Assembly: GCA_964389675.1 (NCBI GenBank)
Contig: CAYMEV010000013.1
Location: forward strand, 1-64,000
Source of the DNA: an uncultured Candidatus Sumerlaeota bacterium
GTDB lineage: Bacteria > CAYMEV01
Length of the DNA stretch: 64,000 nt
Direction: 5' to 3'
In this document: positions 11,001 to 19,603 of the stretch, piece by piece
Position numbering within the stretch: the first letter of the stretch is position 1
Layout: every line of letters begins with the position of its first letter
The notes under the pieces: generated by a model
Databases searched by the model: none
What the model was told of the DNA's origin: nothing
The model's input: only the letters and a program-made list of their open reading frames with translations
Position numbers and translations under genes: made by a program

Positions 11001-11573
11001 CACCCCGATATTGCAAATTCCTACCATAATATAGGCGGGATTTATGTCAGGACCAACAGAAATGAAAAGGGGCTGTATTATATTACAAAGGCCATGAACA
11101 TATGGCTTAAGTTTTATGGAGAGGAGCACCCCAATATTGCTTCATCCTATAACCATCTGGGATACCTGTACAGCAATCTCGGAAAGTACAGGGAAGCTTT
11201 TGATTACCATAACAAAGCTCTAAGTATAAGGCTGAAGGTATTTGAAGAAGGACATCAGGACATATCAGGATCATACTATAATCTTGCCGATACCTGCTTT
11301 AAGATGAAAGATTTCAGCAGGGCACTTTATTATTATGAGAAGGTGATGAATTATGAGTCCAATAATAAAAACAGGGATGAAAAATACTATATTAATATAA
11401 ATAAAAATATGGGGATCATATATAAAAATCTGGGGGACAGGGCAAATGCAGAAAAACACCTTAAAGAGGCACTTGATATATCCAGGTCTGTTTATGGAAA
11501 AATAAGCTCCAAAACTGAGGAAATAAATGATATAATCAAAGAACTGAAAAGAAAGGACCCTGCTGAAGGATGA
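8043..11573 (+). CDS. Hanks-type Ser/Thr kinase fused to a P-loop (AAA_16/STAND-like) ATPase and C-terminal TPR repeats
   Basis: GEGGMG, ALK, YRDIKPDN, DFG, APE; Walker A GSQGSGKS; Walker B IAIDD; GGNPYF motif; tandem TPRs of about 42 aa (HP.IA.SY.N.G). Confidence 0.85.
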   Translation: MRSPMIIHNRYAVAEKIGEGGMGNVYRVRDTLQNNIDFALKAVKRSVFSKGDPDVLLRFKKEFDIMTRLKHPNLVRVHDFLTDIEENSYIVMEYVPGITLGKLLKRENTIARGQAVEIIVHMLRALGFIHSRNIIYRDIKPDNIIISISGKTAKLSDFGISDIGCAESERIKGTLLYMAPEVLEGDITPQIDIFSLGIVLLQMTTGKPFYKGENYNMSTIVDILKDSSHYESIRNREFAEVADKGLRHIIEKMTAFDRHERYQSCAEAIMAINKHLSMDYEIETKATKESYVLGAPFINRRSEYKELIRPLEADSVFCIKMLRGSQGSGKSRLLSELKKHCQLNNVLFVDACCPKQGERPFGVFLPLLKRIFLHIDRKSILKYAPYLKRIMPKEKIFDQISLPGVQDFEKEMTAVCDSIVRIIFDFVSSLQKQAVIAIDDISYADSWSIKVLCALIREVRTDEISNIPVKAFYFTISDEAGMEDISPECDINAEEIALKPFTEKDVTEYIECIFGENNLDESLISEIDSIREQAGGNPYFLEEYIKTLVQSDIIQRKSRMWSIQKIDRKFHGLDHLKAIIEQRIENTGFNKEQKEAVSMISLIGKELSLENISSLLSNFSTEFMNSFVRELERLEFLTVLRSADEIKYRVSNNLIRQAFLKDTKDLRSRHAYLAERFENVFDDSLEDFYEEIAYHFSEAGNSGKAVFYLELAGYKASRNYHYSDSVKYYDKAISLENPYTKNYYNLILKKTETMAQNNQWKESFAILRSVEGKITDTEQLGQMYYNLSLDYFLTADYPRAADAADKSLKYRVLAFGPLDKKVIESITQTASAYYYRGEYNSALAEFRRALDLQIRVSGEADVSAAELYNDIGVIFWCKGDYDNALENIKKSLDLKIKLLGVTSPDVSVGYNNLGLIYSKMNKYEKALVYYEKSMEIAVSLFGRKHLSVSTELHNIGMIYEKMADYDQAIKLYKESISIRKRYYHENHPDIANSYHNIGGIYVRTNRNEKGLYYITKAMNIWLKFYGEEHPNIASSYNHLGYLYSNLGKYREAFDYHNKALSIRLKVFEEGHQDISGSYYNLADTCFKMKDFSRALYYYEKVMNYESNNKNRDEKYYININKNMGIIYKNLGDRANAEKHLKEALDISRSVYGKISSKTEEINDIIKELKRKDPAEG

Positions 11574-12982
11574 TTAAGAAAAAGAGATTCCCTGATACCC
11601 TTTCGATAATATTTGCCCTGATGGTTATCTTTGTGATACTTACCTGGACTGTCCCAGCCGGTGAATTTGAAAGAACGGAAGAAAACGGGAGGGAGGTCAT
11701 AGTTGCGGGCTCATACAAAAGGGTTGAAGCAAATCCTCAATCCATAGAATTCTTTACAGCGCCCATAAAGGGGTTTGTATCAGCTGCAGAGATTATTGCA
11801 TTTGTATTTATAGTAGGGGGGGTGTTTTCCATAATTAATATGACCGGGGCTGTAAATGCACTGATCTTCAGTATTATTAATATTACAGCAAAAAGACCGT
11901 CATTAAAGGGTCTTATAATACCATTGACAATGATACTCTTCAGTCTGGGAGGTGCTACTTTCGGCATGTCTGAAGAGACGCTGGTATTTATCATGATAAC
12001 GATACCTCTTGCTGTTTCCCTCGGGTACGATCCGATTGTAGGAGTTTCCATAGCTTTTGTGGGGGCTGGCCTGGGATTTGCAGGGGCTTTTCTCAATCCA
12101 TTCACTGTCGGCATTGCACAGGGGATAGCCGGCATAAGCCTTTTCAGCGGGCAGGAATACAGGCTGATAGTATGGTCTGTGCTGACCTTTATTGGAATAG
12201 CGTATGTATGCAGGTATGCCAGGAGAATTGAAAAAAAACCTGAAAAAAGCCTTGTAAAAGATATATCCTTTGACTGCAAGCTCTCCGGTGAAAAAAAAGA
12301 GGATATGAAGCTTACAAAAAGAAGGATGCTGGTCGTGATATCTCTGGTATTGGCGCTTTCAGCTATTATTCTGGGAGTTCAGGGCAAAGACCATATCATA
12401 TCAGGCATGTCCGGATGGTATATCGAAGAGATAAGCGCTGTTTTTCTGGGACTGGGTATTGTTTCTGCCATTATCTGCGGTTTTTCACCCGGGAGAACAG
12501 TCAGGGCATTTTCAGAAGGGGTCAGAGATATGGCAATGCCAGCTGTCATCATAGGGTTTGCGAGGAGCATCCTTATCATTGCAGAACAGGGAAGGATAAT
12601 TGATACGCTTCTCTATTATGCAGGTTATATCGGGGGAGGGGTGCATTCGGTGTTCAGTGTCCAGATAATGTTTATCCTGCAGACATTTATAAACTTTTTT
12701 ATTCCGTCAGGGTCAGGTCAGGCTGCCCTTACAATGCCCATAATGGCTCCCTTAAGCGATGCCCTTGGGTTTACAAGGCAGACTGCAGTGCTGGCATACC
12801 AGCTTGGGGACGGGATTACAAACATGATAATCCCGACCAGCGCTGTACTGATGGGTGTTTTGGAGATTGCCAGAATACCATATGATAAATGGTTCAGGTT
12901 CATTCTGCCCCTGATAATACTGCTTTCTGCAGCAGGCATGATAATGCTTGCTTTTCCTGCTGTAGTGTTTCAATGGAACTGA
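11570..12982 (+). CDS. yfcC: YfcC/DcuC-like C4-dicarboxylate or basic amino acid transporter
   Basis: LTWTVPAGEF, GMSEE, NPFTVGIAQGIA, FFIPSGSGQA, AYQLGDG; many TM segments; ATGA overlap with the kinase gene. Confidence 0.85.
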   Translation: MIKKKRFPDTLSIIFALMVIFVILTWTVPAGEFERTEENGREVIVAGSYKRVEANPQSIEFFTAPIKGFVSAAEIIAFVFIVGGVFSIINMTGAVNALIFSIINITAKRPSLKGLIIPLTMILFSLGGATFGMSEETLVFIMITIPLAVSLGYDPIVGVSIAFVGAGLGFAGAFLNPFTVGIAQGIAGISLFSGQEYRLIVWSVLTFIGIAYVCRYARRIEKKPEKSLVKDISFDCKLSGEKKEDMKLTKRRMLVVISLVLALSAIILGVQGKDHIISGMSGWYIEEISAVFLGLGIVSAIICGFSPGRTVRAFSEGVRDMAMPAVIIGFARSILIIAEQGRIIDTLLYYAGYIGGGVHSVFSVQIMFILQTFINFFIPSGSGQAALTMPIMAPLSDALGFTRQTAVLAYQLGDGITNMIIPTSAVLMGVLEIARIPYDKWFRFILPLIILLSAAGMIMLAFPAVVFQWN

Positions 12983-12992
12983 CAGAAGGCAG

Positions 12993-15158
12993 ATGATGGA
13001 AAAACTGCTTATTGATATTGCTATTAAGGGGCCATTTTTTAAGGGATTCACATATTATACGGATATAAGGTACAAAGAATGCATTTTCCCGGGACAGCTT
13101 GCAGAGGTGAGCTTCGGAAAAAGGATTGAGACTGGATATGTCATGGGCTTTTCCGGGAGTAAAACTGAAGACTATCCGGGCATAAAGCCAATTATAGATA
13201 TTGTAAACATCAGTCAGACATGCGATGATCATATTCTTTCAGTCATAAATTTCATAGCAGAATATTATCACTCCCCTCCAGGGGCAGTATATTCATTTGC
13301 TGTCTGCAATTATGAAAGAATACTAAGGATTGCAGCAAAAAAGGACAGCGGTCCCGCGGATAATTCCCTGAATACCCGGGAGGCTGAAATTCTCAGCTAT
13401 ATCAGGAGCAAAAAGAATACTGCATTATCTTCTCTGAAACACAGGCTTAAGGATTGCAGCATGCTTAAGCTTGCTCTGTCCCTGCTTTGGAAAAGGGGGT
13501 TTATTGATATTGTTTTTGATGATTGCAGGTCAGCAGAAATTGAAAGGAAAATGAAGGACTTCAGCCTCAGTGAAAAGCAGAATGCTGTATATAATGCTAT
13601 ATTTTCAGAACTCGAAAAGGGATTCAGTACGCACCTCATATACGGGATCACCGGCTCGGGGAAAACGTTTATATACCTAAGGCTGATACAGGATATTATA
13701 AAGGCAGGCAAACAGGCATTGATCCTTGTCCCTGAGATAGGCTTAAGCATACACCTGGAGAAGATGTTCCGGGAGTTCATTCCGGGAACAGAAATGCTGC
13801 ATTCTTCCGTGGGAAAGAGGCAGAAAAGGTATATACTGCAGAAGGCCAGGGACGGCAGGATAGACCTTATAATAGGCCCAAGGAGTGCTCTTTTCATACC
13901 ATTTCACAGGCTCGGCATAATCATTATTGATGAAGAGCATGACAAATCATACAAGCAGGAGAGCATTCCATGCTATAATGCCAGGGATGCAGGGATATTC
14001 AGGGCAAAAGCACAGGATGTGCCGATAGTGCTGGGGAGTGCTACGCCAAGTATTGAGTCCTATTACAATGCGAGGATAAAGAACAAGTACATGTTCCATG
14101 AACTTACTGAGAGATACGGGGAATCCAGGCTTCCTGAATTATTTCTTGTTGACCTGAAGGAGGAAAAGGCAAAGAAGAGGTCTACAATCATCAGCCAGCT
14201 TCTCCTTGAAAACCTGAAGGAGATGTTTGAAAAGGGGGACCAGGGGATACTCTTCATTAACAGGAGAGGGTTCTATTCAGCAATAATATGCCTGAAATGC
14301 GGTTCCAGCATAAGATGCACAAGATGTTCCGTGTCCATGTCATATCATCAGGAGATAGACAGGCTGGTATGCCATCAGTGCGGAAGGCAAAGGCGGATGC
14401 CAGACAGATGCCCCTACTGCGGAAGCGAAAAGCAATCCAGCTTCGGATTCGGGACAGAACATGTGGAAGAACTGATTAGATCATATATACCCGGGATCAG
14501 GATATTGAGGTTTGATTCGGACAATATCAGGCAGCGGGATAAGGACAAAAGGCTCTTTGAGTTTGGCATGCATGAATATGATATTATCGTAGGTACACAG
14601 ATGATAACCAAAGGATTTGATTTTCCGAAAGTAAACCTTGTAGGTGTGATACAGGCTGATGAAAGCCTTTATATGCCTGATTTCAGGGGGGCAGAAAGAA
14701 CATACCAGATCATCAACCAGGTCAGCGGAAGGTCAGGAAGAAGGAATAAGGTTGGCAGGGTCATTATACAGACATATCTTCCTGAACACTATTCAATACA
14801 GTACAGCCTGAAGAATGATTATTACGGTTTTGCAGAGAAGGAGCTTAAATCAAGGAAGAAATTCGGATACCCGCCTTACAGAAGACTGTGCATGATATCT
14901 TCTTCGGGCTATAAGAAGGAAAGGGTGCTTGACCTTATATCAAAGATCTATGAAAGGCTGTGCAGAGTGAAAACAGGGGATATCTCAATTATCGGCCCAG
15001 TTTCTGCATTTGTTGAAAAAAGAAAGAATATGTACCGATGGAACATACTCCTCCAGGGGAGCATAGGGCAGATAAACAGAATGCTTTCTGATATCTCGGA
15101 AATATACCTGTCCAACAGCTCAGCAGTGACTATAGATATGGACCCTTACACCTTTTAG
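12993..15158 (+). CDS. priA: Primosomal protein N' (replication restart helicase)
   Basis: GITGSGKT, LVPEI, IIDEEHD.SYKQ, GSATPS, four CxxC pairs, GTQMITKG. Confidence 0.97.
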   Translation: MMEKLLIDIAIKGPFFKGFTYYTDIRYKECIFPGQLAEVSFGKRIETGYVMGFSGSKTEDYPGIKPIIDIVNISQTCDDHILSVINFIAEYYHSPPGAVYSFAVCNYERILRIAAKKDSGPADNSLNTREAEILSYIRSKKNTALSSLKHRLKDCSMLKLALSLLWKRGFIDIVFDDCRSAEIERKMKDFSLSEKQNAVYNAIFSELEKGFSTHLIYGITGSGKTFIYLRLIQDIIKAGKQALILVPEIGLSIHLEKMFREFIPGTEMLHSSVGKRQKRYILQKARDGRIDLIIGPRSALFIPFHRLGIIIIDEEHDKSYKQESIPCYNARDAGIFRAKAQDVPIVLGSATPSIESYYNARIKNKYMFHELTERYGESRLPELFLVDLKEEKAKKRSTIISQLLLENLKEMFEKGDQGILFINRRGFYSAIICLKCGSSIRCTRCSVSMSYHQEIDRLVCHQCGRQRRMPDRCPYCGSEKQSSFGFGTEHVEELIRSYIPGIRILRFDSDNIRQRDKDKRLFEFGMHEYDIIVGTQMITKGFDFPKVNLVGVIQADESLYMPDFRGAERTYQIINQVSGRSGRRNKVGRVIIQTYLPEHYSIQYSLKNDYYGFAEKELKSRKKFGYPPYRRLCMISSSGYKKERVLDLISKIYERLCRVKTGDISIIGPVSAFVEKRKNMYRWNILLQGSIGQINRMLSDISEIYLSNSSAVTIDMDPYTF

Positions 15159-15169
15159 GATTGATTGGT

Positions 15170-16183
15170 TCAGTACTCGGAAATTATGGCCTTTATAAGT
15201 TCTATAAGGCTGAAGTAATCATCCTTTGATATTATAGAATTGGGTGAGTGCATGGCAAATGCGGGCAGTGCAAGGCCTATGCCGTCCGACTCCAGTTCAT
15301 AGCATAATTTGCCGAGTTCACCATTTCCGGCCCTTGATATCATGTCCTGATACTTAATACTGTTTTTCTCTGCAATCTCAATTATCCTTTTGCTGATCTG
15401 GGGGTTTGAAACATATGAATTATCCATATGAGCGATCACAACACCCTTGCCGATCTCTGCGCCGGTTGGCATTACAAAGGGAGCTAAAGTCCCCGGGCAT
15501 ATTTCAATATTGATAAAAAGATCCGGTTTCAGCTTATGCTCCCTGAAAGCTGACCCTATCTCCCTGTGAGGCCAGAATGTTGTTTCCTCTCTTGCTGAAA
15601 AAACGGCAACTGTCTTATTTGATGTTTTTTCAAGAAGATGGCTGGAGTGCATAGCAGATACAATCGCTGCAATGGCTGCCCTGGCGTCAAAAGCCTTTCC
15701 AAAGATCTTGCTTTCCCTGACTTCGACAGAATTTTTTGCCGAACCTGCTGAATATACAGGGACAAGCCTTTCTGCATCCTCTTTATTTGATACTCCTATA
15801 TCCACATAGTATGTCCGGTTCTTATCCTCTTTTCTGACTGTAAGGATCCCCGAAATATTGCCCGGATTAAATATGATCTTCTGATTATTGAAGTCATCAG
15901 AGATAACTGAAATAGGAAGGACCTCGATCAGGCCGTTATCAAGGTATCTTCTAGGCTTGATCCCAAGCTCGTCCATATGGCTTTGAAAGACTATGGTCCT
16001 GCCTGATTTGTTTTTATCTGATGGATTAAAGACAACAAGATTTTTATGGGGAGTGACATAATGGAAAAATGACTGCCCAAGTATCTGCTGTATTATGTCA
16101 AGAATGTCATCTTCGCAGGAGGAAGGACCGAATGCATCGCAAAGTGTCTTCAGGACTTTCATGTTAAAACTCTGTTCGTTCAT
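15170..16183 (-). CDS. M42 family (TET/endoglucanase-like) metallopeptidase, divergent
   Basis: HMDELG, GKAFD, REE and MHSP motifs; start moved to MNEQ behind a GAAGG RBS. Confidence 0.7.
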   Translation of the reverse strand: MNEQSFNMKVLKTLCDAFGPSSCEDDILDIIQQILGQSFFHYVTPHKNLVVFNPSDKNKSGRTIVFQSHMDELGIKPRRYLDNGLIEVLPISVISDDFNNQKIIFNPGNISGILTVRKEDKNRTYYVDIGVSNKEDAERLVPVYSAGSAKNSVEVRESKIFGKAFDARAAIAAIVSAMHSSHLLEKTSNKTVAVFSAREETTFWPHREIGSAFREHKLKPDLFINIEICPGTLAPFVMPTGAEIGKGVVIAHMDNSYVSNPQISKRIIEIAEKNSIKYQDMISRAGNGELGKLCYELESDGIGLALPAFAMHSPNSIISKDDYFSLIELIKAIISEY

Positions 16184-16347
16184 ATAAATACCTTCTATTA
16201 TCTTTTTCTCTGATTTAAGCATATAAAAAGCATTTAGCAAAGCAAAAAATCCTTAAGCAGGCATAAATTCATTCAATGCATGAAGCAAAGAAGCATTGTC
16301 TGAGAATTCCAGGGAGACCACAACACCGGCTAAAAGTAATTTTTAGG

Positions 16348-16375
16348 TTGAGAATGAAAAAAATGGGTTTATAAT
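16348..16375 (+). promoter_or_regulatory. Putative sigma70 promoter of the Rrf2 gene
   Basis: TTGAGA, 16-nt spacer, TATAAT. Confidence 0.6.
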
Positions 16376-16400
16376 AAAAATATATGCAAAGAGGAATAGA

Positions 16401-16802
16401 ATGAAGCTTACTGTAAAATCAGAATATGCATGCCTTGCAATGATAGATATGGCTGAGAACTACGATAAGGGGTATATCAAGATAGGCGACATAAGTAAAA
16501 GGAAAGAAATACCAAAAAAATTCCTTGAGAGCATACTGCTGACCCTTAAGACTTCAGGCTACTGCATAAGCAAAAGGGGAGGAGATGGAGGCTATATGCT
16601 GGCAAAAAGCCCTGATAAAATAAGCCTGGCTGAAATTATGAGGATTATGGACGGTGCCCTGGCACCGGTTGAATCAGTCAGTATGTTCTTTTACAGGCAT
16701 ACACCGATTGAAAAGAACCCCAAGCTCAAGCTTATATTAAGGGAAATACGTGATTATATAGCACTTAAACTTGAAAATATAACATTTGCAGATTTAATTT
16801 GA
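16401..16802 (+). CDS. Rrf2 family transcriptional regulator, CymR-like (no C-terminal Fe-S Cys triad)
   Basis: MKLTVKSEYA, IPKKFLESIL, SKRGGDGGYMLAK.P..ISLAEI. Confidence 0.92.
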   Translation: MKLTVKSEYACLAMIDMAENYDKGYIKIGDISKRKEIPKKFLESILLTLKTSGYCISKRGGDGGYMLAKSPDKISLAEIMRIMDGALAPVESVSMFFYRHTPIEKNPKLKLILREIRDYIALKLENITFADLI

Positions 16803-16811
16803 TTTTTTTTA

Positions 16812-16851
16812 TTGACTTTATATATATTGTCTATAGATTTAGTAGAGAAAT
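16812..16851 (+). promoter_or_regulatory. Promoter overlapped by a putative Rrf2-type operator
   Basis: TTGACT (16812-16817), 16-nt spacer, TAGATT; imperfect palindrome TCTA-N9-TAGA (16830-16846) covers the -10 element. Confidence 0.55.
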
Positions 16852-16871
16852 GATGAAAAAGGAGATTTTGT

Positions 16872-17837
16872 ATGAAAAGATCTTTATTTATCCTGATTCC
16901 GATATTAATAATGTTTTATTTAACAGGCATATGCTGTAAGCCTTCAGAAAAGCAGTCAGAATCCGGAGGGCTGGAAGGCACAATCAGCATATCAGGTGCA
17001 TGGGCGCTTTATCCTCTTGCTGTCTCCTGGGCTGACCAGTTCAAGCAGCTGCACCCCGGCGTAAGGATAGAGATATCAGCAGGCGGAGCAGGGAAGGGAA
17101 TGGCAGATGTGCTTTCAGATCTTGTCGACCTTGCAATGGTATCCAGGGAAATATATCCGCAGGAAATTGAGCAGGGGGCATTTTATGTACCTGTAGCCAT
17201 TGACGCGGTAGTTCCTGTAATAAACGCAGAAAATCCAGTTATAGGCCTTGTAAAATCAAAGGGAATAAAGAGAGAAATATTTGAAAAAATATGGATACAG
17301 GGTGAAAGCCTTGACTGGGGCAATATATATGATGAAGCATCTGCAGGCAGGATAAATGTATATACCCGGTCAGATGCATGCGGAGCTGCTGCTACATTTG
17401 CAGCATTTATGGGTAAAAAGCAGGAGGACATGTTAGGAACCGGAATATTTGGAGATCCAGGTATGGTTACAGCTGTCAAGGATGACACTCTCGGCATCGG
17501 GTACAACAATATAAATTTTGTTTATGACAGAAATACTAAAAACCCTGTAGATGGTGTTTCAGTAATTCCAATAGACTTAAACGGAAACGGGATACTGGAT
17601 GAGAATGAGGATTTTTATGAAAACATAGACCTTATAGTCAAGGCAATCTCAGAGGGGAATTATCCTTCACCGCCGGCAAGGGAGCTCTATTTTGTCACAA
17701 AGGGGAAACCCCCGGAAGGGTTAGTAAAAGAATTTTTGGAATATGTGCTTTCCGAGGGACAGGCTCTTACATCTGAGGCAGGGTATGTGAATATATCCCA
17801 GGACAAGATTGATACAAGCCTTGATAAACTAAGATAA
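16872..17837 (+). CDS. pstS: PstS-family (PBP_like_2) substrate-binding lipoprotein with a non-canonical ligand site
   Basis: Lipoprotein-like N-terminus (TGICC); ISGAWALYP, GGAGKG, MVSRE, RSDACGA, YPSPPARELY; first gene of a pstCAB-like operon. Confidence 0.75.
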   Translation: MKRSLFILIPILIMFYLTGICCKPSEKQSESGGLEGTISISGAWALYPLAVSWADQFKQLHPGVRIEISAGGAGKGMADVLSDLVDLAMVSREIYPQEIEQGAFYVPVAIDAVVPVINAENPVIGLVKSKGIKREIFEKIWIQGESLDWGNIYDEASAGRINVYTRSDACGAAATFAAFMGKKQEDMLGTGIFGDPGMVTAVKDDTLGIGYNNINFVYDRNTKNPVDGVSVIPIDLNGNGILDENEDFYENIDLIVKAISEGNYPSPPARELYFVTKGKPPEGLVKEFLEYVLSEGQALTSEAGYVNISQDKIDTSLDKLR

Positions 17838-17847
17838 TCAGACATTT

Positions 17848-18738
17848 ATGAGAACCAGAAGAAAAAGAATAGACAATACTGCAAGAATTCTGATGGTTAT
17901 TACAACTGTTGCAGTAAATATTGTCCTGCTGTTCATAATATTCGGGCTGTTTTCAAAGTCCAGGCCCATCTTTGAACACCATAATATACTTAAGCTGGTA
18001 TTTTCTTCTGAATGGTTTCCTTTAAGAGGATGCTTCGGGCTTTTCAATTTTATTTTCGGGACATTTATTGTAACAGCCCTTTCCATAATTATAGCTGCTC
18101 CATTATGCATACTGACATCAATATACCTTTCAGAGTATGCTTCAAAGAGGATTCTTTACTGGGCGAAGCTTTTTATAGACCTTCTGGCCGGTATTCCTGC
18201 TGTTGTATATGGTGTCTGGGGGATACTCGTCATTGTTCCGGTCATAAGGGACTATATAGCCCCGTTCTTCAGCAGAACGACAACAGGATACAGCCTGCTG
18301 GCAGGAGGCATAGTGCTTTCAATAATGGTCTCTCCCATAATTATTTCTGTCCTTCTCGAGATCTTTGCATCAATAGAGGCTGAACTGAAAGAATCTTCCC
18401 TGGCACTGGGAGCAACAAAATGGCAGACAATAAAGTTCGTCATACTCAAAAAATCATTCAGCGGAATAATATCAGGTATAATCCTCGGTGTGTCAAGAGC
18501 ACTGGGAGGCACAATGGCAGTGCTTATGGTCACAGGCAATGTCGCAATAATACCAGAGAGCATATTTGAGCCGATATATACAATACCTTCTCTGATAGCC
18601 AATAATTACGGCGAAATGCTTTCAATACCCCTCTATGATTCAGCCCTTATGTTTGCAGGCTTTATTCTTCTGCTCATAATACTTGTCTTTAACATAGCCT
18701 CAAGGCTCATGCTTATGAAATATCACAGGATGACATGA
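17848..18738 (+). CDS. pstC: PstC-like ABC permease
   Basis: LLAGIPAVVYGVWG, SLALGATKWQT, SRALGGTMAV. Confidence 0.85.
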   Translation: MRTRRKRIDNTARILMVITTVAVNIVLLFIIFGLFSKSRPIFEHHNILKLVFSSEWFPLRGCFGLFNFIFGTFIVTALSIIIAAPLCILTSIYLSEYASKRILYWAKLFIDLLAGIPAVVYGVWGILVIVPVIRDYIAPFFSRTTTGYSLLAGGIVLSIMVSPIIISVLLEIFASIEAELKESSLALGATKWQTIKFVILKKSFSGIISGIILGVSRALGGTMAVLMVTGNVAIIPESIFEPIYTIPSLIANNYGEMLSIPLYDSALMFAGFILLLIILVFNIASRLMLMKYHRMT

Positions 18739-18741
18739 TAA

Positions 18742-19593
18742 ATGGACAAAAGATCAATTGAAGAAGGTATTTTCAAAATACTTATGAAGATCAGCACAGG
18801 GCTTATCTTTTTAGCGCTTCTGGCTATTATAGGTACCATACTGTACAGAGGGATAGGCTCTTTGAGCTTTTCTATGATAACACAGCTTCCAAAGGGGGGG
18901 TATTACCTTGGCAAAGAGGGAGGAATACTGAATGCCATCATAGGAAGCCTGATGATAGGGGGATTCTCTACATTGCTTGCTCTCATGCTGGCTCTTCCGA
19001 TAACCTTTTATATAAATATATACAGAAGGGGAAAATCAAGGTTTGCATATTATACAAGGTTCTCACTTGATGTGCTTACGGGTGTCCCCAGCATTGTCTA
19101 TGGCCTTTACGGTTTTATAATACTGAGATTTCTCGGTATAAGGGCATCCCTTCTCGGCGGGGTTTTTGCCGTAGCACTGCTTATCCTTCCCCTCATGTGC
19201 AGGACTATTGACGAGGTTATAAGGCTTGTGCCAAAGGATCTTATGGATACTGCATACAGCCTGGGCTCCACGAAATTTGAAACTATCATCCATGTAGTGG
19301 TAAAGCAGATTTCCGGCGGAATCATCATGGCTGTAATGATTGCTTTCGGCAGGGGAATAGGCGATGCAGCTTCAGTGCTTTTTACGGCCGGGTTTTCTGA
19401 TTATATTCCGACATCTTTATTTCAGCCTGTTGCAACACTGCCTCTGGCCATATTCTTCCAGCTCCAGAGCCCTTTGCCTGAGGTTCAGGAGAGGGCTTAT
19501 GCATCAGCATTCATACTTACTGCTATCATACTGGTAATTAGCGTGGTGATAAGGCTGATCGGAAAGAAATTCTCAAAACATGTTATAAGGTAA
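18742..19593 (+). CDS. pstA: PstA-like ABC permease
   Basis: GGILNAIIGS, GVPSIVYGLYG, AYSLGSTKFET, GRGIGDAA. Confidence 0.85.
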   Translation: MDKRSIEEGIFKILMKISTGLIFLALLAIIGTILYRGIGSLSFSMITQLPKGGYYLGKEGGILNAIIGSLMIGGFSTLLALMLALPITFYINIYRRGKSRFAYYTRFSLDVLTGVPSIVYGLYGFIILRFLGIRASLLGGVFAVALLILPLMCRTIDEVIRLVPKDLMDTAYSLGSTKFETIIHVVVKQISGGIIMAVMIAFGRGIGDAASVLFTAGFSDYIPTSLFQPVATLPLAIFFQLQSPLPEVQERAYASAFILTAIILVISVVIRLIGKKFSKHVIR

Positions 19594-19603
19594 AGGTGGA
19601 AAA

